This document shows, one piece after another, positions 14,972 to 21,051 of a stretch of 30,883 nucleotides of DNA (its first letter is position 1; each line of letters begins with the position of its first letter). The DNA comes from Chloroflexota bacterium (GTDB lineage Bacteria; Chloroflexota; Limnocylindria; QHBO01). The position numbers were made by a program, and so were the translations under genes. The stretch is taken from contig JBDTWT010000001.1 in NCBI GenBank assembly GCA_040006555.1, positions 1 through 30,883 of the forward strand, given 5' to 3'. A model generated the notes under the pieces. That model ran no database searches and had not been told where the DNA came from. It was given only the letters and a program-made list of their open reading frames with translations.

Positions 14972-15190
14972 CTGCCGACCCCCAACCTCCGGTATCACGG
15001 CGGGCCTCGCCACGGCGAGGTTGCATGGATCGACCGTCCCGCCGTGACACTCGGAGACGGCTCCGATGGGGGCGTGTACCAGAGGACCGAGGAGTCGGAG
15101 GGAGACCTCGTGGTCTACCTCTGGCAGGAGCTCAGCGACTCGGAGGCGAACGCGGTCATCCGCGGCGATCTCCGCGCGAACCAACGCTGA
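14972..15190 (+). CDS. Small hypothetical protein missing from the ORF track (CTG start, or GTG at 15044)
   Basis: Open frame (M)PTPNLRYHGGPRHGEVAWIDRPAVTLGDGSDGGVYQRTEESEGDLVVYLWQELSDSEANAVIRGDLRANQR*. By hand count, 42 of 48 codons from 15044 end in G/C. Confidence 0.55.
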   Translation: MPTPNLRYHGGPRHGEVAWIDRPAVTLGDGSDGGVYQRTEESEGDLVVYLWQELSDSEANAVIRGDLRANQR

Positions 15191-16749
15191 CCTCGGTTTG
15201 CAAATCCCCGGCAACTTCCCCACGGGCTGAGGCCAGCTCGGCGAGCAACTCGGGGTGGCTGAGTCCCTTGCCGTTGAGCCGCGTTCGCGCGCTGTCGAGC
15301 AGCTCGATCGAGCGCGTTCGGAGCAGTCGCCCGGCGTCGAAGCTCGCCCCCATCGGATCCACGCGGCCCAGCCGCGCCATCTCCGATCGGAAGACGGTCA
15401 AGACGACCCGAATCTGCATTCGCGTGAGCGCCGTCACATCCATCCCCAGTTGCCTCGAGCGAGCTCGAAAGGGCGGTGATGCGCAAGCCGCGTGCCCATC
15501 GTCCGCGGAAACCCCTTCGCCGCCGTACCGTGCGGCTTGACCTCGAATGGCATCCTGAGTGCCCGATGCGCCTAGCGGAGCCCGTCGGGGACCGTGGGGA
15601 GGCGACACATTGCGCGACTCGATGCTGGCACCGGCCTCGGGCTCGGATCCCTCTGACGCCTCGCCCCTCCTGCCACGCGCCGCCGGCGTGAGACCACGGA
15701 TCACCGTGGTCGACGACAGCCCCGAGTTCCTGGAGCTGATTCGCGACGTGCTCGAGGCCGAGCATGACGTCGTGACCTACAACGTGATTCGCTCCGTCGC
15801 GGAGATCGCAGCTTCGGCTCCGGACCTGCTCCTCATCGACCTCCATACGGGCGGGCCTGCAGGTGGGTTGACGGGATGGGAGATCCTCGCCATCGCGCGC
15901 AGCCACCCCGACCTGCAATCCGTCCCAGCCATCGTCTGCAGCGCCGATCTGGCCACCCTGCGCGAGGATCGCGTCCGCCTGCTGGCACACGGCGACGTGC
16001 AGCTGATCGCCAAGCCCTTCGACATCCACGCCTTCGAGCAGACCATCGATCGCACGCTTCGCCTCGCCGGGACCTCGCGACGCGGCTGACCCTGGCGCGT
16101 CGCGTCGGTCGTGCTTGGGCCCGTCTCTCTGGTCCATGGCGCGCGATGCCGTCTGCCACAGCCGGATCCCAAACAGGACGCACCACACGAGCTGTGCCCC
16201 CAGCCAGAGGTAGAACCAGGAGAACGGAACCACCTGTTGGAGCGCGATGCTGGCGATTTCGAGCGGCAGGGTGAGCACTCCCATGGCGAGGCTGTAACGC
16301 CCGAAGGACTCCCAGCCCGGTGACCGTCGCAGGCGGCGCCACATGAAGCCGTACATCGGGATGAGCACCAGGGAAACGAGCACGAACGCGATGGCATGCG
16401 CCTGACCGCTGAACGATTGCGGTTGACGCTCGATGGGAAACATCGACAGCAGGAAGGCCAGACCCCACAGGCCGATGAACGCCGGGCCGACCACCGGGCG
16501 GCTTGGGCCGCGGATACCCCGATGCGCCGCCATCGCCAGGGCCAGCACGGAAAGCCCCAGCATTCCGAAGTTCACGATCTGGATCCAGCCGTAGGGACCC
16601 AGGGCATTGACGCTGACCGGTGACGTCGTCCACGGGTGGTCGCCGTTCGCGACGAGATAGTCGTACTGGATGACGTCCTGGAGCAGGACGGCCGCGGCGA
16701 ACAGCAGCGGACCGCCGATGGCGATGACGGCCAGTGCGCGGATGCTCAC
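15115..16749 (-). CDS. DUF998 family membrane protein (domain about 16105-16749) whose frame runs on without a stop to 15115
   Basis: GGPLLF...SPVSVNALGPYGWIQIVNF, QAHAIAF, GRYSL, multiple TM segments. Probable start GTG 16749, 7 nt after TATACT. No in-frame stop after the last TM helix. Confidence 0.65.
   Translation of the reverse strand: MSIRALAVIAIGGPLLFAAAVLLQDVIQYDYLVANGDHPWTTSPVSVNALGPYGWIQIVNFGMLGLSVLALAMAAHRGIRGPSRPVVGPAFIGLWGLAFLLSMFPIERQPQSFSGQAHAIAFVLVSLVLIPMYGFMWRRLRRSPGWESFGRYSLAMGVLTLPLEIASIALQQVVPFSWFYLWLGAQLVWCVLFGIRLWQTASRAMDQRDGPKHDRRDAPGSAASRGPGEAKRAIDGLLEGVDVEGLGDQLHVAVCQQADAILAQGGQIGAADDGWDGLQVGVAARDGEDLPSRQPTCRPARMEVDEEQVRSRSCDLRDGANHVVGHDVMLGLEHVANQLQELGAVVDHGDPWSHAGGAWQEGRGVRGIRARGRCQHRVAQCVASPRSPTGSARRIGHSGCHSRSSRTVRRRRGFRGRWARGLRITALSSSLEATGDGCDGAHANADSGRLDRLPIGDGAAGPRGSDGGELRRRATAPNALDRAARQRANAAQRQGTQPPRVARRAGLSPWGSCRGFANRGQRWFARRSPRMTAFASESLSSCQR
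15156..15443 (-). CDS. Hypothetical protein, about 95 aa, predicted helical
   Basis: MDVTALTRMQIRVVLTVFRSEMARLGRVDP...; strong GC3 bias from ATG 15443; the upstream part of track ORF 15156..15704 looks non-coding. Confidence 0.55.
   Translation of the reverse strand: MDVTALTRMQIRVVLTVFRSEMARLGRVDPMGASFDAGRLLRTRSIELLDSARTRLNGKGLSHPELLAELASARGEVAGDLQTEVSVGSRGDRRG
15688..16089 (+). CDS. Stand-alone response regulator receiver domain (CheY-like)
   Basis: ITVVDD, phosphoacceptor LLLID, CSA switch residue, AKPF motif, no output domain. Start is GTG 15688, or ATG 15622. Confidence 0.85.
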   Translation: MRPRITVVDDSPEFLELIRDVLEAEHDVVTYNVIRSVAEIAASAPDLLLIDLHTGGPAGGLTGWEILAIARSHPDLQSVPAIVCSADLATLREDRVRLLAHGDVQLIAKPFDIHAFEQTIDRTLRLAGTSRRG

Positions 16750-16762
16750 GGTGGCGAGTATA
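16750..16762 (-). promoter_or_regulatory. Leaderless-type -10 (TATACT-N7-GTG) of the second DUF998 gene
   Basis: Near-consensus -10 located 7 nt upstream of an in-frame GTG. Confidence 0.55.
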
Positions 16763-16974
16763 GGTTGCGCATTCACCCGTCAGGCCCGTCCGCTAGATCA
16801 GAGACCAGCGGTGGTCCCGTAAGGGGCCATGGTCAGGAAGACGCTGACGCTCCGAGGCTGGATAGCCAGCCAGGGAGCGGGCGTCCTCTTTGTGTACTCA
16901 ATCCGAACACACTCAGGCCCGAGACCTAGGCTGCCGCCTCCGGCTCCATCGTGCTCGGGCTCAGGAGATGGTTT

Positions 16975-17051
16975 TGGTCGGGGCGAAAGGATTCGAACCT
17001 TCGACCTCCTGAACCCCATTCAGGTGCGCTACCAGGCTGCGCTACGCCCCG
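16975..17051 (-). tRNA. tRNA-Pro(GGG)
   Basis: 77 nt: CGGGGCG acceptor, D-arm GCGC-AGCCTGGTA-GCGC, anticodon arm CCTGA-ATGGGGT-TCAGG, T-loop TTCGAAT, encoded CCA; TATACT -10 at 17064-17069. Confidence 0.97.
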
Positions 17052-17091
17052 ACCGAGGCGGCCAGTATAGCCAGCGGACCCCGCGAAGGGA

Positions 17092-18102
17092 CTATGGAGC
17101 CAGAGTCGCGAGCTCGTCCTTCGGGCTGCGTGACATCAGTTCGGCCACGGCCGCCATCGGCGGCTGATGGTCGAAGACGACGGCCCGCACGCGCTCGGCG
17201 ATCGGCATCTCGACGCCGTGTGCCGCCGCCAGGCCGAGGGCGCCGTCGACGGTCCACACGCCCTCCGCCACGCCCGAAAGCCGCTCCCCCGCCTCCGGCC
17301 ACGGGACGCCGGAAGCGATCAGCTCGCCAGCGCGCCGGTTGCGCGAGAGGGGTGACATGCACGTCGCGATGAGATCGCCCACCCCGGCGAGGCCCGCGAA
17401 GGTAAGCGGATGGGCACCGGCCGCCACTCCGAGCCGCGTCATCTCGGCAAGTCCGCGGGTGATGATGCCCGCCTTGGCGGAGTCGCCGAATCCGAGGCCG
17501 TCCACCATGCCGGCTGCGAGCGCGACGACGTTCTTGAGCGCCCCGCACAGCTCGACGCCGATGAGGTCGGGGTTGGTGTAGACCCTGAAGCGCTCGCTGC
17601 TCAGCACGGCGGCGAGCTCCGCAGCGAGGTCCGGATCGTCCGACCCGATGACCGACCCCGCTGGCTTGCCGGCGGCGATCTCACGCGCGAGGTTCGGCCC
17701 CGACAGCGCCGCCACGCGACGCCCGGGAAGCTCCTCCGCGACGACCTCGCTCATCCGCCTGAAGGTGCCCTGCTCGATGCCCTTGACGACCGAGAGGATC
17801 GGCGCATCCGGATGGAGGCGAGCGCCCACCGTCCGAAGCGTGGTCCGAACGTGCGCGGACGGGACGGCCAGCACGTAGAACCGATGCGGCTCGGCGAGGT
17901 AGGCGTCATCGGTCACGATCCGAACGTTGGGTGGAAAGACGACGCCGGGGAGATAGCGCTCGTTGGTGCGGTCCCGGGCGAGGCGCTCGGCCGACTCGGC
18001 GCTGTGCGTCCACAGACTCACCGGACGCTGGGCATCCGCGAGCAGCACGGCAATCGTCGTGCCCCAGGCGCCGGCGCCGATGATCCCGACCTGGTCAGTC
18101 AT
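17092..18102 (-). CDS. gpsA: NAD(P)H-dependent glycerol-3-phosphate dehydrogenase
   Basis: GIIGAGAWGT, VVKGIE, LSGPNLAREI, GALKNVVA, GLAGVGDLIATC..SRNRR, EGV; ATG 18102. Confidence 0.95.
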   Translation of the reverse strand: MTDQVGIIGAGAWGTTIAVLLADAQRPVSLWTHSAESAERLARDRTNERYLPGVVFPPNVRIVTDDAYLAEPHRFYVLAVPSAHVRTTLRTVGARLHPDAPILSVVKGIEQGTFRRMSEVVAEELPGRRVAALSGPNLAREIAAGKPAGSVIGSDDPDLAAELAAVLSSERFRVYTNPDLIGVELCGALKNVVALAAGMVDGLGFGDSAKAGIITRGLAEMTRLGVAAGAHPLTFAGLAGVGDLIATCMSPLSRNRRAGELIASGVPWPEAGERLSGVAEGVWTVDGALGLAAAHGVEMPIAERVRAVVFDHQPPMAAVAELMSRSPKDELATLAP

Positions 18103-18115
18103 GGCGCCGAGCGTA
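18103..18115 (-). promoter_or_regulatory. Leaderless-type -10 (TACGCT-N7-ATG) of gpsA
   Basis: TANNNT in the 22-bp der-gpsA gap and no SD. Confidence 0.55.
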
Positions 18116-18124
18116 TGCGAGCCG

Positions 18125-19561
18125 TCAACGCCTGCCCTTGGCGGTCTTGCGTCGCGGGCGGGCGGAGCGGCGCGCGGCATCCTCGGACTCGCGCTGGCGG
18201 AGGATGAGGCGGATCGGCGTCCCGAGGAAGCCGTACTCGGCGCGGATGCGGTTCTCCAGGTAGCGCTTGTAGCTGAAATGGATGATCGCCGGGTCGTTGA
18301 CGAAGATGACGAACGTCGGCGGGGCAACCCCCACCTGGGTCGCGTAGAAGACCTTCGGCAGCCGATTGCGGACGTGCGACGGCGGGTGCGCTCTGACGGC
18401 GTCCGACACCACGCGGTTCAGCTCCCCGGTCGGGATGCGACGATAGCGCTCCTCGGCGACCCGACGCGCCTCGCGCAGGATTCGGTCTGCGCGCTGCCCG
18501 GTGAGCGCGGAGGCGAACACGATGTCGGCCCAGACCAGGTACGGAGCCTCGCGCCGAAGGCGCTTCAGCCAGGCGTCGGCGGTGTTCTCGTCCTTCTCGA
18601 CGGCGTCCCATTTGTTGATGACAAGGACGACCCCCTTGAACGCCTCGAGCACGTAGCCGACGACGTGGGCGTCCTGCGCCGTGTAGCCCTCGGTCGCATC
18701 GGTCATCACGATCGCGACGTCCGCGGCGTCGATCGCCTTCATGCTGCGCAGGACGCTGTAGCGCTCGACGCCACGCTCGATCGCCCCGCGGCGCCGGATG
18801 CCGGCCGTGTCCACGAGGACCATCTGCTCGCCGTCGAGCTCGATGGTGGTGTCGATCGGGTCCCGCGTCGTGCCCGGCGTCTCGGACACGATCATCCGCT
18901 CCGAGCCGAGCACGCGGTTGACGAATGTCGACTTCCCAGTATTCGGCCGGCCGACGATCGCGACGCGCGGCGGCGCGAGATCGGCCTCGGCGAGCTCGGC
19001 CAGCTCCTCCTCCGTGAACTCCTGGTCGGGAGCCGATGCCGCCGCCTCCGCCTCGGTCGGCGGCGGAAGGCCCTCCACGATGAGGTCGGCAAGGTCACCG
19101 GTGTTCCGACCGTGCTGCGCGCTCACCGTGATGAAGGGATCGAAGCCGAGCGCGTAGAACTCCGCGGCCTCGGCCTCGCGCTGCGGGTTGTCGCCCTTGT
19201 TCACGACCAGGATCACGGGCGCATCGGCTCGACGCAGGCGGTCGGCGACCTCGTGGTCGAGGGGCGCCAGTCCCGCATGCGCGTCGACGACGAAGAGGAT
19301 GAGATCGGCCTCCTCCATCGCCACGCGCGCCTGGTCCTGCACGCGCTCCTCGATGTGGGTGCCCGGGTCGATCTCGAGCCCGCCAGTGTCGACCAGCGTG
19401 AAGCTTCGCCCGTTCCAATCCGAGGTGCCGTAGACGCGGTCGCGCGTCGTCCCGGGCAGGTCCTCGACGATGGCGACGCGCTCGCCGACGAGGCGGTTGA
19501 AGAGCGTGCTCTTGCCGACGTTCGGGCGGCCGACGATGGCGACGACCGGGAGGGAAGGCAT
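18125..19561 (-). CDS. der: Ribosome biogenesis GTPase Der (EngA)
   Basis: Two G-domains (GRPNVGKS/DTGG/NKGD; GRPNTGKS/DTAG/NKWD), acidic linker, KH-like C-terminus. Confidence 0.97.
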   Translation of the reverse strand: MPSLPVVAIVGRPNVGKSTLFNRLVGERVAIVEDLPGTTRDRVYGTSDWNGRSFTLVDTGGLEIDPGTHIEERVQDQARVAMEEADLILFVVDAHAGLAPLDHEVADRLRRADAPVILVVNKGDNPQREAEAAEFYALGFDPFITVSAQHGRNTGDLADLIVEGLPPPTEAEAAASAPDQEFTEEELAELAEADLAPPRVAIVGRPNTGKSTFVNRVLGSERMIVSETPGTTRDPIDTTIELDGEQMVLVDTAGIRRRGAIERGVERYSVLRSMKAIDAADVAIVMTDATEGYTAQDAHVVGYVLEAFKGVVLVINKWDAVEKDENTADAWLKRLRREAPYLVWADIVFASALTGQRADRILREARRVAEERYRRIPTGELNRVVSDAVRAHPPSHVRNRLPKVFYATQVGVAPPTFVIFVNDPAIIHFSYKRYLENRIRAEYGFLGTPIRLILRQRESEDAARRSARPRRKTAKGRR

Positions 19562-19573
19562 TGGCCGAGTCTA
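19562..19573 (-). promoter_or_regulatory. Leaderless-type -10 (TAGACT-N6-ATG) of der
   Basis: TANNNT 6 nt upstream of the ATG and no SD. Confidence 0.55.
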
Positions 19574-19660
19574 GCGGGAGGGTTGGGAGGCGCCGAAGAA
19601 GCCGATAGGATCGTGGCGTGAAGCTCGGGATCGCGCCAACGCGAGGGCCGTCGAGGCGCG

Positions 19661-20146
19661 GTGAGCCCGCCTGACCTGAGGCTGCGGGACGCCGCCCGGG
19701 CCGTCATCCTCGATCCGCAGGGCCAGATTCTCCTCGTCCGCTTCGCGTTCGACGACCGTGTTGTCTGGGCGTGTCCCGGTGGGGGCCTCGAGCCGGACGA
19801 GTCCCACGACGATGCGCTGCGCCGGGAGCTGCGCGAGGAGGTCGGCCTCGAGCTCGAGGAGCTCGGCCCGTGCATCTGGACGCGCACCCACGTCATTCCG
19901 TTCATCGGCGGCAGGTGGGACGGCCAGGTGGAGCGGTTCTATCTCGTGGAGACGGAGTGGTTCGCGCCATCCCCGCTGCTCACCGTGGAACAGCTGCGTG
20001 CCGAGTTCGTGACCGAGATCCGCTGGTGGACCGTCGAGGAGCTATCGTCCTCGAGCGAGCTCCACGCCCCACGGCGCCTTCCGGAGCTCCTGGCACAGCT
20101 GCGCGACGTGGGGCCACCGCCGGAACCGATCGACTCCGGCATCTGA
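19661..20146 (+). CDS. NUDIX hydrolase
   Basis: Nudix box GGGLEPDESHDDALRRELREEVGL; 161 aa. Confidence 0.88.
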   Translation: MSPPDLRLRDAARAVILDPQGQILLVRFAFDDRVVWACPGGGLEPDESHDDALRRELREEVGLELEELGPCIWTRTHVIPFIGGRWDGQVERFYLVETEWFAPSPLLTVEQLRAEFVTEIRWWTVEELSSSSELHAPRRLPELLAQLRDVGPPPEPIDSGI

Positions 20147-20166
20147 GCCCCGTCGCTCGGTCCGGT

Positions 20167-21039
20167 TCAGGCCGTCAGGGCGTAGATGCGCTCGCGAACG
20201 GCCTCGAGGTCGAGCTCCGGAGTCGAGGTGCCGCCGGTGATACCGATGCGCGCCTTCCCGCGCAGCCACCCCGCGTGCTCCGCGGCGAGCTCGTCCGCAT
20301 CGGCGACGTGGACGGTATCGGGGAGGATCTCGCGGCATTTCACGGCGAGCTCCTTCGTGTTCGAGCTGTTCTTGCCGCCGACGACGATCATCGCGTCGAC
20401 CTCGCGCGCGAGGGCCACCGAGTCGTCCTGGCGGGTGAGCGTCACCGGGCACACGGTGTTGACGACCCGCAGGTCGTGGGCGCGCCGCAGGCAGAACGCG
20501 GCGAACTCCTCGAGCTTCTGCGGAAGGATGGTCGACTGCGAGAGGACGCCGATCTTCTTCGTGCGCGGCACGCGCTCCCAGGTCGAGCGGTCCATGTCAT
20601 CGACGACGACATGCTTCTCGCCCGCGTACGAGCGAACGCCCTTCACCTCGGGGTGGTCCTCGTGGCCGATGATGCAGACGGTGTACCCGGCCTCGGCGAG
20701 CTCCCGGGCAGCCTTCTGACTCTGGAGCACCCACGTGCAGGTGGCGTCGATGACCTCGAGCATCTCCTTGCCGCGGACCTTGTCGAACTCGTCCTTCGGC
20801 ACGCCGTGGGCGCGGATGACAAGGGTGCCGCCCTCCACCTCGTCGGCGAGATCGGCCGTGCGGATGCCACGATCCGATAGATCGGCCTTGATGCCGGGGT
20901 TGTGGACCAGCTGCCCGAGCGTGGTGACGTCCTTGCCCTCGGTCGCGGCGTGCTTCGCCTTGTCGATGGCGAGGCGCACGCCGTAGCAGAAGCCGGCGCG
21001 CTCGGCGATTCGGACCTCGGGCCTCGTGACGGTGGTCAT
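20167..21039 (-). CDS. ispH: 4-hydroxy-3-methylbut-2-enyl diphosphate reductase
   Basis: GFCYGV, VHN, DATC, GHEDHPEV, NTVC, GGKNSSNT, TGGTSTP; GGAGG SD. Confidence 0.95.
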   Translation of the reverse strand: MTTVTRPEVRIAERAGFCYGVRLAIDKAKHAATEGKDVTTLGQLVHNPGIKADLSDRGIRTADLADEVEGGTLVIRAHGVPKDEFDKVRGKEMLEVIDATCTWVLQSQKAARELAEAGYTVCIIGHEDHPEVKGVRSYAGEKHVVVDDMDRSTWERVPRTKKIGVLSQSTILPQKLEEFAAFCLRRAHDLRVVNTVCPVTLTRQDDSVALAREVDAMIVVGGKNSSNTKELAVKCREILPDTVHVADADELAAEHAGWLRGKARIGITGGTSTPELDLEAVRERIYALTA

Positions 21040-21051
21040 CTCGCCTCCATT

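Noticed and set aside
15003-15022. Hairpin GGCCTCGC-CACG-GCGAGGTT as the csp terminator
   Set aside because: No U-tract, and it lies inside a frame with gene-like codon bias. It cannot be excluded, but it is not supported enough to list.
16858-16876. CTGGATAGCCAGCCAGGGA resembling the 3' half of a TPP riboswitch
   Set aside because: The conserved CTGAGA and CCTGAT elements are missing, the loop is shorter, and no downstream gene lies on that strand.
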